Notes: generated from the sequence alone by a model not told the origin. Positions 26,301 to 41,360 are shown, counted from the stretch's first letter. The stretch: 64,000 nucleotides of DNA from the human T2T-CHM13v2.0 reference genome, Homo sapiens (GCF_009914755.1 NC_060927.1), one strand, 5' to 3'. Numbers and translations: made by a program.

Positions 26301-27479
26301 TTAAAATAATGTTTTGATTGTATTCATTGGAGGAGCATTTGCATACATTTTCACATGGGGCTATATATTTGAGAAATAGTCAATCAATTAGAGAAAATGC
26401 TTGGGGCACAGATACCTTCACTAGAGGCTAATAGGTATTTAAAATCTGTCTCTTCCCCGACTTGCCACCTTAATTCAAGGTATTACAGAAATTTTCATTA
26501 ATTAGACCACAGCAAGTTTACCTAGATATGTTTATTCCCATCAATAAGCCTAAAAAAAAGAGAAAAGTCACACTCTAAATAGCAGATCCTGGGTGGCAGG
26601 CAACTGCAATAGTTCAGGAAGTGTTTTATTTAACATTCAGTGTACCTCTCCTACAAGATCCATGCAATTTTTTGTTTGTTTTAATTTTTCGTCACAGTTG
26701 AGTATCATTGTATTATTCTTTAAGGGTTCAGTTTGTTCTCACGGCTCATCTGTATCATGCTCAACTATTTTCTGTAACTAGAGAAGTCTCAAAACAGGTG
26801 TTTAAAAATGCTGCTATTTTCCATTTGGCTTGCAAAGAGAGAACAATACAAACAAGCCATTTCCCTTAGCTTTGGCTCTGCACCAGTGAGAAAGTGCCAT
26901 AACAGAAGAAATCACTCAGAGAGAAAGTAGCACGCATTTCCTCTTTTGGGAAAGCTATGGGACACTTGAAAGATGATTGGTTTGTGGGACTGGCACTATG
27001 AAATTGGAATGCTCAGATTCCAGCTGTGATGAGAATAGAAAATCAGGAACAGGTGGATATACATATATGGGCGTATATGTAATATTAAAATATGTATGTC
27101 TAAATGACCCTATTTTCAGTGTTTCATTATGTCTTTTATCTTTTTTATATTAGCCAACAAAAGAGGGCACTTTATCCCATGAGCCCAATCTCTGTATGAT
27201 CGTCAAATACTCTGTTCTATCAATCTCACCCTTACCAGCTCCTGTAACTCTTTACCTTTCCTTCTATTCATGGTTTTCAAACTCAAACTGTTTTCTGATC
27301 ATCCTCATAACTTTCTCACTCTAACAGAAACTTTGCCCCCTCTTGAAGGCACTTGTGTTCCCCGCAGCTTTTTCAAATTCTATCAGGTTTTGTTTCGTTT
27401 CTCCCGTAATTCTCATAAAACTGAGCCTAAAATTAAGGTAGGTGATCTCCTTGCAATTTTTTTTTGATGTTTAGTCTTC

Positions 27480-27920
27480 AACAATTTGCTAAAACTGTTC
27501 TTGCAAGTGCCATTTTTAAAAAAATCTTATTAGTTTTGTTCATCTCTATGAGTCTTCATCTTTATTGACCTTTAGGTGGCATTTGACCTCGTTGATGATT
27601 GTCTCCCTTTGATGCACTTTCTTCCCATTGCATCCGAATGCCACTCTCATGATTTTCCTACTTGGTCACTAGTTAATCTCTGTCATTCTTTTGGGTACCT
27701 CTTCTCTTCTTTATGGCATCAGTTGACATGCCATGGGACATTAGAGTTACAGTTATCCTTAAAGCAGTTCTTGGCCTCAGTCTTAAATTTGACATTTAGG
27801 TCATGAAGAAATCCTGTTGGGTCATCTTCCAATATCTCCAGAACATGACTTTAAGTGTAACTTCCTATTACCAACCCCTCCTGCCTGCATTAGTGGAATA
27901 GGCACAGAACTGGGCTATTT
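27480..27920 (+). mobile_element. L2 LINE fragment
   Basis: 'ctttattgacctttaggtggcatttgacctcgttgatgattgtctccctttgatgcactttctt' matches L2 RT region (LDLSAAFDTVDH-like). Confidence 0.6.
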
Positions 27921-30195
27921 GCTTCCACTTTTACCCCTTAAATTAGATAGAGATGAAAGAGAGAAACAGGGAATTACGTGTTTACAAAACTCTTGAAGAA
28001 AAATAGTCTATGTGATTGCCTTAATTTTTAATTTTACTGTCACAAAAAGGCAGAACTGCTGCTGTCTTGGGTCAAAAAAAACCTGTAGAAAACAATGGAT
28101 AACTTTAAAACGTCTTTGCAATTCTAAGGTGGACGAAATAGCGGGGAATCATAGAATGTTAAATTTTACATCTGAGGAGCCCATGTATCTTCTCACAATT
28201 ATCAACAGAGGAAGAAGAAAAAACATTGCTCTGTCTCTCCTGTGCTTTCTGACCATAAATCTTAAGGTCACTCTACTTACACAGTAAATTTGTAGGTATT
28301 AGACCCAATTTCCTTTACTGATTTTTATTCTACAGTTCCTGTAATTCATAGTAGATAGTATTACTTTCAAAATATTAGAAGTTGATATCCAAGCACAGAA
28401 TATCTTATATTTAAAAGAGTTAGATGATCACATAACTTGACATCAACAGAAGTTTAATTTCACTGGAATAGTGCACTCAGAAAGGAAGTTATATTTTATC
28501 AAATCAGTAATGACAGATACTTACTGTTTTGATACTGTCAAGATAACATGGATTGCTATAGTTAAGTTGGAGCAAGCAAATGTAATAATTTATAATTAAG
28601 CAGTGTACATTTGTATATCAACTATAAATACTTGAGTTGTCTGAAATACATTTTTTCCTTCTCCACTTTACTGAATATTGTAAAAAGACAAAAATAAATA
28701 GGAATTGTAACAAATTAAACACTATGAATTTGTAAACAAGAAGTTGATAATATGTCTTTAAATCATTCAAGTTCTAACTCCCTAAAAATTAAAATCATAT
28801 TTAGTATGCTCTTGATTACACAATTGTCTATCCTCAAAAATATTGAAATAGATGAACATATACATACTATGCTTCCTTGCACAATGAAAACAGAATGGTA
28901 TTAACACATTATTATAAAGATTGATTTATTAAATTGTAAAATAAATTATGGTTGTATCTCTGATAAATCCATAGAAATATAATTCAGTCTTTAAAATCCA
29001 TACTGTTTTCAATTATGTATGCAGCATATGTCATTTAATTATTATTTATTGCAGAACATTCAGATTTTTGCACCTCTGAAAAATGTTGTTATAAAATTAT
29101 AGAAGTAGATATATAGATTTGAGATGACAGGTAGACATTGATATAGATATTTGCTTAGCTCCTTATCTATAACAGCTTCCATTTATGTGAACTCATGAAA
29201 AATTTTATATTTTTCTGTTTCCACTGCAATTTGAGTACAATTAATAGTTTTAATTTTCTGTCATAATGTAATTGACTTGTTTAATGTGAAACTATTAACA
29301 GCATTTATTCACAGACTTTATTTCTAATAAGCATAATACATTAACAAAATATTTTTACATTAAAAAAACTAAGCAAAGAATGTTGACCTATTAACTCATC
29401 CTTAAAAATATTGGACTTTTTAATGAAGTGAGATATCTAGTTTTTATTATAGACATTGGTGTATGTAACCAAAATGTTAAGTGGATACTGAGCTTGTCCG
29501 GTATCTAAATAATATAGTTTCAAAGAAGCACAAATCAGCAAATAATTTGAGTTAAAACTCATTTTAATCATTAAACCATACCTTGAGGACATGGAAATCA
29601 AAATGAAAACAATCTTAATGCATAAAAAATATACTTAATACTTTTCTCAAATTCTCACCCACTGTCAATTTTCCCTACTTGTTGATGATTCCCCCTCAAA
29701 TGTTAGCAGTCATATAAAACTCTGTTTCATCCAGTTCATTTGGCATTTCTTCTTAATTCCACAATTTCCCTAGAGCCCTCTTAAGTAATTTCAACTCTAT
29801 TCTGAAAAAAATTCCCCTCTTTTCCTCTTCTTATTATTTTCATTATTCAGTTTCATAAAATGCCAAAGAATATGTTGGAGAGAAAGGTAGATGTTAAGAA
29901 TATTGACACATTATTAATTTTTGTCCCAATCATATTGATCATTAGAAGTTACACCTTTAGTAGTTGATTTCATTCTGCAGATCTTCCCATGGTGGTCAAC
30001 TTATTAGAAATGTGATAATTTAGGAATGATTCAGCTATTCTTCACTATTCAAATAATTTATGTGTTTACACTGCTCACCTGCATGTAAGCATTAATATTT
30101 TCATAAGCTAAAGAAACATAACATACATGTTTTTATAACATGCGGTAAAAAAATATAGTGTAAGGTACTATGGCAGAATGTTCCATCAAAAAAAT

Positions 30196-30230
30196 TATAT
30201 ATATATATATAATATATATATATATATATA
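30196..30230. repeat. (TA)n microsatellite
   Basis: Directly visible. Confidence 0.9.
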
Positions 30231-32320
30231 AATGGGGAAACTACTAACACATCAATTAATTATACTTTTATTTTCTATTTCTATTGTAAAACATAAAGCA
30301 TCTTTTAAGTAAATCCTATCTATTTAGAAATACATATATAAAAATATTGTCCTAGAGAGAAGGTCTTCTATTAAGGTAAAACGATTTCACTCATACATAA
30401 ACGGACAAAAATCACTAGTCCATTTGGAGATTTTTGTTCCAATAAACAGATTAATTATCGTATAAATTCTCATAAGTATGAAAATAATTACTATTAAGAT
30501 AATCTTCTAAAGTCATGATGTAGTTTTCTATTATTAGATATAAATAATACTATTATTAATAATAATTGCTCTTATTTGATATTCCATTTATGATAGTTTG
30601 TATTTCTTATATGCCACTAATGTTCTGTAATTTAAACAAATTAAAAAAATAGTAGTTGGGTCAATTATAATCTCAATATAAGATTTTAAAATGTATCAAA
30701 CTTTTAAACAATTGAGTTTAACAGAATCAATATTATTCTCTAGAATGTATACTTAAAAATAATCACCTAATATAATGAAAAGATTTTATTCATTTCATTA
30801 TCTAAGGAATTTAATTGGTAAATTAATTAATTAATTAATATTGATTCTATAACTTGTTTGATAAATGAGACCATCATACCATAGTATCGATACCAGAAGA
30901 AATAAAAGATAATTCAATAAATCAGGATTGATGAGGGTGATCCTTTATTAGAAATCCAACTGCTTTTTGCTCTTAGATAATTCACTTTATTCTAAAGGAA
31001 ATTCTAGTTCCTATGAGGAAATTGTTGAAAGTGAATACAGTCAATAGACCAAAAGCTTACAAAATGTAATTTACAAATACTTAATGAGCACATGTTCTTA
31101 AGGCTCTCTGTGAGGCACATCACAGTCTTTTGACAAAGTTCTGAGTGAGGAAATCCTAAACTGACAACTTCTAAAGTTGTTACTATGAAGTCTAGAAATC
31201 CCATGCAGTATTTTAGAAACTACACATACAACACACACAGGCACATATAGGCACACACAAACAATTTTATAGTAATGACAAGGTAAAACGTGTATACACT
31301 AAAGATAGTGTTTGTGTCTTTGGAGTGTATGTTCTTAAATTTTTGTTTCTCTTTTCCTAGGAAATGAATATGGTTCTTCCAGTGTAACCTAATTTATCCT
31401 GTGACATTTGTTTTCTTTCTACAAGAGATTCTATGATAAGCCATTCATTCCATAATGTAATCTAGAAAAACATTGGAGGTGATTTGTGGTTGCTGTGGCC
31501 ATTGTGGTCAAGCAGTATTACGAAGTAGAGTGAAAAAAAAAGCAACCACAAAACCCTCTTTGTAGAGTAGGGAATGATAGCTTGTCTTTGGATTTTGTGC
31601 CACCTGTCAGTGCTGACTTTATTCATTGTAGCTTGTACTACCCATTAAAGCATCATTAAAATAAATTCTCTGAAAAAGCACACTCATCTTTGCCTCTGAT
31701 TACGAAGAGTGGAGATTGTATATTAACGCAGATTTTAAGCATTCGTATCATAATTGGACACAAGCTGCTCTGAACATCTGTTTGTTATCAAGAATAAGAA
31801 TGACATATCTCTTGTTATAGATTTGTTTAATGACCAAATTTTGAAATTATTCCCACAGTATACTAAGAATTTGAGCTGAGCTAGGAGTTGCAGGAAATTG
31901 GTATGTGAGAAAAACAATGCTGCCCTCAGCACATATAGATAGTTTTGGTTCCAGAAAGGTATCATTTATGAAGGAATTTTGATTTGAAGTATGACAGTCT
32001 CAGTTTTAAACAGTCATTAAAACCATGTTGACATCAATACCTAGGTGCATAACCCCTCTGCCTATTTGTATCCTCAGAATCTATTAAAGTTGTCATTAGT
32101 AATTACATGTTCCTGTTTTTAATCATTTTAAATCAGTTTTTATAAAGCCTGCCGTGTATGTATTTGTTTTCCATTACTTTAACAATTTATCACTGGTTAG
32201 TTAAGATGCATACTAATAGCTGTCTTTCTTTAAAACTCCTAGTTGTATGTTATATACAGATTTACCCCCATTACCTAGTGATGTTTGGGAATTCGTTATG
32301 CATAATCCTTTAAAGTATAA

Positions 32321-33020
32321 ATTCATTCATTTATTTCACAAATACTAGCTGTGTGTGTGTGTGTGTTTGACAGATATATTCAGAATGAAGGGGACAGTAC
32401 TGAGCAAGATGTGACCCTGATTTTATAAGACGAGGGGAAGAATTAATCAAGTAATCAGAAGCGATGTATGAATACAAACTGCTACAATTGTTGTAAAGGA
32501 AAGGGCCTCTGTCCTATGAGGAAAGATAACAAAGATTAGTGACCTAGACTCGGAGGTCAGGAAAGTCATTCCTACATGATTAAAACTTAAGCTGAGGTCT
32601 GAGGGATCTTTCCAAAAGGGATGGGAAAGGGGCAGAGGTGATGTAAGAACTTTTCAGTGTAGGATAACATGTGCACTGTTCATGTGGCAGGTCAAATCTT
32701 GACACATTACAGGAATAAAAAACAGGACTAGTGTGATTGTGCTATGTGGAGCTAAGGAGAGACATGGTGTGAGATGAGGATGGATAAGTAAACAATGGCT
32801 ATCATGATGCTTATGTAAAGATTTAGGTCTTTATCCCCAGAGCAATGGGGGTTTAAGGATTTTACATAGGGATTTGCCTATACCATATCTAAACTTTGAA
32901 AGTATTACCTGGGGGATGGCATGAGAAGTAAGGGTTGGAGGACATACACAGTAAATACCTGAAGGGTAGTTAATGTAAATACTTCATGTGTGCCATAAAA
33001 TATGATGGCAGATGAGAAAA
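32321..33020 (-). mobile_element. L2 LINE 3' fragment
   Basis: attcattcatt tail followed by purine-rich L2 antisense blocks ('ggaggtcaggaaagtcattcc', 'aagctgaggtctgaggga', 'aagatttaggtctttatccccagagcaatggg'). Confidence 0.65.
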
Positions 33021-34481
33021 ATGTGCTCTATATTTAACTTTAAGAATAGCTACTGGGCCCATTTTCTCTCAAATTGCCTCATGTTCCCACTCATCATTTA
33101 CATGAGAACCTCAGCTTTTAGAATCACTATATAATTAGGGGAGGAAAGCAAGTGAAAATCTGAAGGAAAATAGCCTGATCCCTGCTTGTTAGAGACAATA
33201 GATGTCCTCTCTAGCCCACTGTTGCTTCATGCTTTATCCTTTCCATGCAAATGCTTTATTACTTTAGCCTGGAATCATCATGATTTTGTCCTTGGAACAC
33301 TTTAAATAGATTAGAAAATTCCTATAATCCTTATTTTATTGATTGTTGAGTTTTTCAGAAACAGACTCACCACGGATGATTACATGTGTTTGTTATATGA
33401 TAGTTAATGATCTTTACCAAAGAGATAAAATGTTCCTTAAAAAATTCACTCCCAAGACCCTGCCCCATGTACTTATTTTCTTTTCTATAATGGTATTTTG
33501 CAATGAATTTGGACTGCAAAACACTTACAGAGTACATACTCTGGTGCTTCGGTTGAACTTTGAGTTTTCAGTGGGCAACTATGCCATATGATGAATTATA
33601 TTTGCTCAATGGTATAGATAAAATAAAGTTTTAAAGAGACAAAATTCTCCAGGGAAACAAATATGATCAGAGTCAATCAATCCCACATCTGGTTATATCT
33701 GCAAGAAAGTAGACAAAGTAATACAAAGTGTCTCTGTTGAACAGTCACAAATAAGGAACAATAAATCAAAAGACTGAGGGCAAAATTAGGTTAAAAGCTT
33801 GTCTTTTGCTGATGATCTCTTATATTTTTATACCAACCCCAGGGTTGAATTCACCAATTGTTTTCTTTTTCCTGTATTTAGAGTCAAGATTTCAGAATCA
33901 AAAGGTTACAGTTCTATGCAAGTCTGGACTGTGAGGATGTTGGAGTAAGCATCTGTCTATCAACCAGTCAATAAACTATAGGGCATAGCCAAGTTTTAAA
34001 CTTTTTCAAGATGATAACTGTGGTGGGCTTTTATCTATAGAGCATCTAGGTTTGGGGAAAAAAAAACCTACAAATATCTACTCTTGAGTCAACTGCTTAA
34101 CACACCAAAGGGCTATGTATATGAAATTCTATCCAGAAACAGAAAACCATGCTTTAGTAAATGGGTTTGGTTTTGTGTTAGTTGAGATGAGCCAATGCAA
34201 ATGAACGTCTGCTTAACCATCTTTTTGTGCCCTATAGAGATAAGATTGATTTGGGGTACTATGTCTGGCAAGTTTTGAAGTCTAAGTTTTCTGAGTCTGA
34301 ACAGAATCTAGTAACAATATGGGAAATCAGCATACCCGGAGACCTAGTATTTATTCATAAGGCTTCTTTACTGATAATAGCTATTGGGAAAACAATACAA
34401 GGAAATATTTCTCGAGTGTCTCATGTGCCAGTCTGGGATCACCCAAATGATAGATATTAACACCACAACTCTGGCTGACTT

Positions 34482-34783
34482 ATTTATTTATTTTTTTTTT
34501 GAGACGGAGTTTCGCTCTTGTTGCTCAGGCTACAGTGCAATAGCACAATATTGCCACACCTCAACCTCCGCCTCCGGGATTTAAGTGATTCTCCTATCTC
34601 AGCCTCCTGAGTAGCTTGGATTACAGGTGCCCACCACCACGCCCGGCTAATTTTGTATTTTTAGTAGAGACGGGATTTCTCCATGTTGGTCAGGATGGTC
34701 TCGAACTCCTGACCTCAGGCGATCTGCCCACCTCAGTCTTCCAAAGTGCTGGGATTATAAATGTGAGCTATTGTGCCCTGCCT
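34482..34783 (-). mobile_element. AluSp-like
   Basis: Full antisense Alu 'gagacggagtttcgctcttgttgc'; TSD aactctgg(c/t)tgactt at 34467-34481 and 34784-34798. Confidence 0.95.
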
Positions 34784-34832
34784 AACTCTGGTTGACTTTT
34801 ATGCCTTCCTAGCCCCAAACTCCTATATCCTC

Positions 34833-35201
34833 TGTGTTAGTGTACTAAGACTACCATAACAGAATACCATAGACTGGTTTGTTTAAAAAATATAGGTTAT
34901 TTTCTCACAGTTCTGGAGCTTGGAAGCCCAAGATTATAGTGCTGGCAGGGATAGTTGCTAGTGAGGTTTCTCTCCTTCATTTGCAGATGGGCATCTTCAC
35001 TGTGTCCTCCCATAACCTTTCTTCTGAGCATGCACACTCGTGCTATCTCTTCCTCCTTATGTAAGGACAAAAGGCTCCACTGTTATAACTTTCATTTACC
35101 CTTAATTATATTTTAAAAAGCTTATTTCCAAACACAGTCACACTGGGGATTAGGGCTACAATATAGAAATTTGGAGGGGGGATACAATTAAGTTCATAAC
35201 A
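34833..35201 (-). mobile_element. MLT1A/B-like solo LTR
   Basis: 'tgtgttag...ctaccataacagaataccatagactgg...ctcacagttctggag...ggatacaattaagttcataaca'; 4/5 TSD tcctc/tcccc. Confidence 0.8.
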
Positions 35202-37309
35202 TCCCCCAACCTTATACCAACTTTTAGATCCAAGTTGTAGTTATCCTTGAACATACCCTGTAGTGGCCTCAGAAGGGAAGTTTTCCCAGTGTTTGAGAAG
35301 AGTTCCCAGTGTCTACATATTATGTTGTGAGTTTCATTGTATCTTCACCGTTTCACTCTTTCAAGCAATTCAAGCATCAGTTGAGTGTCTGTGCCTTATA
35401 AAAAGTGTAACTGATTCTCAACTTATATATATTCAACAAAGTGATAAACCAAAGTAATATACTTCAACCCTAGGAGTGAACTATGGAACAAACTACTTGT
35501 TTCATAGTTTTATAAAGATTCAAAGTTGAGGATTTTATTGTGTGTATTTGTTTCTGTCTTTAGGGGCACTACAAACATTGAAGCTAAGGTCTACTCCATC
35601 CATGGCCAGAGGAATATGATATGTTATTTCTCCCAAGTGAGAACTTAATTATAAGCATATGATATTTTAATATCAATGACAGGTGACCACACTCAGTCAC
35701 ATTCTGCAGAAAACTAGTGTATGGAAAAGGAGTTTCAGTAACATAAAGAGCAATGTATATTTCATAGGCCGTATGTGACAACTAAATTATTTGAATTGTT
35801 AACAATGCCCAGGTCCATTCATTCATTCACAAAAGTATTTGCAATTATCAGGTATAGTTTTTATGATTTCTGGTGATAATTATTTTTATGACAGGAATTT
35901 TCTTATTTCACACACACACAAATTTATTATCGGCTGATAGCTTTAATTTTTCTCTGTAATAGGATTGAACTATCTTGATTCTACCTAGAATCTGGGTTAA
36001 GGAATATTCTTAAATTCTGGCCAGGGAAGGAATAGAGACAGAGCCCTGATTGAATTTTTTAGTGCATTGTTTTTCAAATATTAATATACCACTCACCATA
36101 AAGAAATAAAGAAAGAAGGAATTGCCTATTTCTTCCACAATAGAGTAAGTCACATTTGAATAGGATCCAAAGAACAACCCAGTTTTCACACTGTAAACTC
36201 ACATTGTACACTTCACGCAGAATTTAGTCGTATAGCCCTATTAGTGGCAAGGGCAAGCACATTACTTTGATAAAGTTGTGCTTTCGGCATTTGTGACAAC
36301 TACTGGGCTTGGTTGTGGATTCCCTGGAGTTCCACTAAGGAAGGAGACAGATCAAAGATTATAATCCTTGCTCCAGGCAAGCTATGCTGCATAGACTTTA
36401 TTCTAGGCCCTAATTTTTCTTTCCTTCCTTTGAAGATAAATGCTCCAAGTACTATTATTTGTCACTGTCACACACTTAAATATACCTTGACAAATACTGT
36501 TACTATTTTAGTAATTTTTGATTCCCTCAATTTAAAGAGCAATTTTCAAGAATGATCAATCTGGGTTTTAAGAAAAGCTCTAACCTCAAAATTTCCATAC
36601 TTATTTCAGTTAAGGCTAGTCACATTATTGGGTTATGTACCAAAATATTAGTAATTTTAAGGAATCATATTTAAGTAGTATTCTCAAAGCTCCAAGATTT
36701 AACTAGGTTAAAATGATTTTTTTTAATGGTCATAAAACAAAGTATTACCTGTATTTATTTTCAAAGTATTTTAAAACACAAATAGGTTCTAAGTGATCAT
36801 AACCAAATATTCTCTCTCTTTTAATTGAAGAAACTTATACCAGAGGACAACAGAGACAATCTGATGTCACACAACTAGTTGACATGGAATCACTTCTATA
36901 GCCTACTTCACCAAATCGCAAATTGAAAGCTATTTTCAAGTTTCAAGAACACTTTCTAAAGAAAATTCAATGGAATTGGGTTTTACCACAGAAAATAGTT
37001 TTGTTTACATTTTTTTTCCTGGCAAATTATTTTTCTTTATAAGATATGAGGATTACAAAAGATCAGTAGACAATTAGAGTTTTATTTACAAATATTTACA
37101 GAATACTATCAGAAAAGCATCTATTTTAACTTAAAGGAAAGAGAACACAAGAAGAGCAATAGGCAAAGAGATGAGAGGATTAGAAGGAAAAAGCCATTAA
37201 ATTCAGAGTTGTAAGTGCTTTGCCTGCATTCAATCATTCCATCTGACATAATACTCTAAGGTATTTGCCATCATTATGTCTTATGTACAGACAAACTAAA
37301 TATTAGGGA

Positions 37310-37400
37310 GTATAGAGGTGAGTGAAATTGGTCAAGATTACAAAATATTTGACTGTGGAATTGGTATTTGAACTCAAGACTTCTGATTTTTTCTGACTTA
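37310..37400 (-). mobile_element. MIR fragment
   Basis: 'agaggtgagtgaaattggtcaagattaca...ggtatttgaactcaagacttctga' matches MIR core. Confidence 0.5.
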
Positions 37401-39049
37401 AAAAATCAGAAAAAAAATATATATATATATATATCTGTCCTTGAGTCCCATTATAGAGGCAGTAGGAGGAAGAGAGTACCTCATGTTCTGACATAATACT
37501 GTAATACATTTACTTAAAATTCATTAATATTCCCATGTTACACATTATTTTTAAATGATGAAGAGAATGACATGAGTATGTCAGTGTATTAACTGCATAT
37601 TTTTTCTGTCCATGAGCTATCAGTTACAAGAAATACTTTGTTTCTAGGTACAACTAGGCATATACCAAAATCATGTTTAAAAAATTGTATCAGTGAGGTT
37701 CTTATCATATTCTAGTCATTTCTTAATAACACTATTTTTTTCAGTAAAGATAAAAGAAAAACAATGAGAAATCAAAAACAGAAACACAAAACAGAAACCA
37801 CTTATACTAGTAAAGAATCCTGAAGAGTGCAACTACCAAATATTAAAACATATTATATGGGTCTTTTTCTAGTTAGGATATAAATGAAAATGAAAGTTAT
37901 CATTATCACCATATAAGCTTTTAAAAATCCATTCTTTTCTTTAAAACTGTAAGAGAGATCTGAAAATAAAGAAATATCGAAGCCCCGCATTCCATAAAGT
38001 TGAGCTATCCCTAGATAACTAAGGAATGAAAGATGTTTTTAGACTTGACACCAGATGATGTTGGGTACTAGACAGACAGAGGAATAATCCTACCATGGAA
38101 TGATACCTTTGCTTAGATTGGAAAACACTGGTCAATCTTTTGACAAATTGGTTTGTGTGCTGGATTTGAATCTACAGTAACACCCAAAGCAAAGACAATG
38201 CTCTCTGCCAAATAATTATCCTAAATGGGGATTTTGCTGAGAAAGTAGAGACTAGAGACAGGACAGGAGGGTGGAAATAAATCTTGTGGTCTAGAAATCT
38301 TGGAGTCTCCTGACATCAGTATCTGACAGTCCTGCACTCTTATCTAACTATCTAAAAGTCTCATGCAGTATTGGAACCTCAGTGTGCAGTTATTCTTTTA
38401 ATGTGCACTCTCACAATCTCACGGTTGGGGTAATACAGTCCCTGATTTTCCCAGCCTCAAAAGCTCATGCTCTCATAGTCTTGAGGTCTATCAGATTCCC
38501 AGTGTGGCATCTTTGTGTTCTAAAAGTTTTGAAGTTCATCTTATTTGTATTCTGACTATTTTTAGATCAATAAGTTTCACAGTATTTTAGTTAAATAGCT
38601 CTCCTGAAGGAAAAGGCCTAAACTTACCTTTAAGTTTCGAAAAAGTGAGGTGATATATCCAGCCAAAATGGCATTGAAAAGCAAATTCAATTTCTAATAT
38701 GATCAAAGATATTAAACCAGTGGAGAAACAGAAAGTTAGGTACTGTGCTGAAATTCAAGGAAAGACTTGCTTGCACTCTCAGGTTTTGCTTAAAGTAATT
38801 TAACTGCAACCCTTCTTCAGACAAACTCAATTTCTTATTGGGTCTCCCTAATCTCATTCTTTGTGTTTACAGGAAAAATAAATGCCGATTCTTATTTAAA
38901 AAAAAGAAAAAGAGAGAAAGAAAAAGAGGTAAATGGCAAAAAAAGAAGGAAGGGCAGGATAGAGGGAGGTAGAGAGAGAGAAATAGACAAAGAAATGGAA
39001 GGAAGGAAGGAAGAAAAGAAAAGCTTCAGCCTATAAGACTCATTAAGGC

Positions 39050-39150
39050 ACAATGACATCTGACGTATAATCAAAAATTATGAGACATGCAAAGAATCAA
39101 GAGAGTGTGACCCAGAGTCAAAATAAAACTTCAGATATATAGATTAGATT
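39050..39150 (+). mobile_element. Old L1M ORF1-start fragment
   Basis: 'tcaaaaattatgagacatgcaaagaatcaagagagtgtgacccagagtca'. Confidence 0.4.
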
Positions 39151-39159
39151 AATGTGGCT

Positions 39160-40000
39160 AAATTTTTATCCCCATAAGCTATCCCTCTGACCAGTGTAGT
39201 AGAGTTGTATCCTAATACCTGGGGTTTGGTATTAGCTCAGAACCAATGTCCAACTTTCTACCTTTTCCCGAGTACCCATTAATATTTGTAGATGGACCCT
39301 AATCATTTTAGTGAATGCTGGGTGGAAAATGTAGAAAATATACTTAGGGCAATTTGAGAGGTTTTTCTCAAGATATATAGCTTCCCCTCAACTCATGGGG
39401 CCAAGTTCTGTGGAATGACACAGGTAAAAGAATTAGAAAAAGTTCCATAATTTTCCATTATAGTGATTGAATTCAGGACTCTGTTAGGAATTTTTTGAAT
39501 TTTATTTTCTATTATTATTATTATTATTTAGTTGTATAATCAAGTATTCTCTTAGTAGGGTTTTCATCTATTTCAGTCCTGGTGAAGTCATGATTAGGTA
39601 ATAGCAAAGACTACTGTGTGTAATAGTATTGTGGTCACTGCTGCCTCCCTGCTACCCACTATGATAATCAGAATCTCCTAGTACGTGGTAGTTAAGTACT
39701 AATGCTTCTCCTCTGTTATTCTTGTATTATATAATCCTCAGTATAATCAAAGATCTCACATCGATAGTAACAGTCATACCTTTGCTTTCATTTTGCAGGC
39801 GACAGTCACAAGTACAAGGCCTTGCTGAAAAGAACATCTGTTGAGTCTTCCTGAAGATATTCTTATTAAATAGGTGGGTACATGACATCTCCCTTCAATA
39901 ATGCTCTCAGCCTGCCTGTGGATGCTTCCCTTTTCATTATACCAATTAATTTCTTCACTTCATTTAGTGTAGTACAACATTAGGTCTAAATTTCTTGCTA
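39160..40000 (-). mobile_element. Degraded ERVL-like internal (gag/protease) remnant
   Basis: 39221-39253 minus strand reads L-D-I-G-S-E-L-I-P, like the ERVL protease LDTGSELTLIP; loose gag-like similarity at ~39830-39950. Confidence 0.4.
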
Positions 40001-40869
40001 AACAGCTGAGCAATCTGTTAGACTTTCTCCCAGAAACTGTGATAAGTGTATCTATACTGATACACTTGGCTTTATTTGATATTATATTTCTTTTTCTTAC
40101 TCTAGCACTGTTAAAATATATTTTTGTGTATGGCGGTCACAATATTGCCTATATAAATTAGTAAACTTCTATAATTCCCTTGTCATGTAAACCTTTACCT
40201 CCTGGATAAAATTTTCTACCTGTGTCCTTAAGGCACATTTGAACCTCAGTCTAGTTATTTTCCTGAAAAAAATGAGGAGTGGTAGAGATTAGCTGTTAGG
40301 GAAATTGGTATCAACATGATAAAACAAAACAAAGCAAAAACAATTTAGAAAACAAAAATAGCAATAAAACACTGCATCGGGAGAGGTCTCAAAACAAGGC
40401 AGAAATAAATTTATCAGACAGGGAATTAAGGACTTTGACTAATCAGTGATAGCCAGTGTGTTTTCAGGAGGTCAGGGTGTTTTGATGCTGATATCACCTA
40501 AATGTCTTTATTCCAGCTGCTAGATGGTTTCCAAATATTTTAACTTCTACAGAAACAACCTGAACAGGGTGAGAATTCCACTTGTATTTAAGTAACTTAC
40601 ATGATTCGACTCTGTTCCTGATATTTTCATTTTGTTGACCTTGTTTTTACAAGAACTATGAGTGTTTGTGTTTATGTGCATGTGTATGTATTCATAGAAA
40701 CTCTCTGATATTCTGACCATATCTTGATCTGAGAATGTAAAACCCTAAAATTTTTATTTTTAAAAATGCTCAGTGCTGTCACATTTTTCATTCTTGTGTT
40801 CATTAATTCTACTATAATAGTATTTTGATCATCTATCAATTATACTAAATTCTTGTTTACAATAGTTTC

Positions 40870-41210
40870 TTCTTTAAAATTTGAAAATTTTTAAACTTGC
40901 ATGGACACATACTTGTACATATTTACACAATACATGTGATATTACAATCATACAATGTGTAATAATCAGATCAGGAGAGTTAAGATATCCATCAAGTCAA
41001 ACATTTATTTATTTGTGTTGGGAGCATTCCAAACTCCATAGTCATCCTATTGTGATCCTGAACACTAGCTCTTATTCCTTTTATCTAACTGTATGTTTTT
41101 ACCTATTTCCCAATCCCTCTCTTATTTCTTCCCACCATGCTTCCCAGCCTCTGGTAACCATCGTTTTACTTTCTACCTCAGTGAGATAAATAGGTTCTCT
41201 ATTCCATATA
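40870..41210 (-). mobile_element. L1MA (MA2/3-like) 3'UTR fragment
   Basis: 'tacaatgtgtaataatcagatcagg', 'cttattccttttatctaactgtatgt', 'ttcccagcctctggtaaccatc'. Confidence 0.75.
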
Positions 41211-41360
41211 ACCCTAGGGGACAATTTAAGTAACTATATTGCCCGTATATGCCATATATTAATACTATTCTGTTTTTAGGGATAAGAAAATGTTCTCTGC
41301 TGTGTTATCCAATGAAACCAGATTTCATTCCTTAAAGGCTGACACTCACTTACCAACCAC

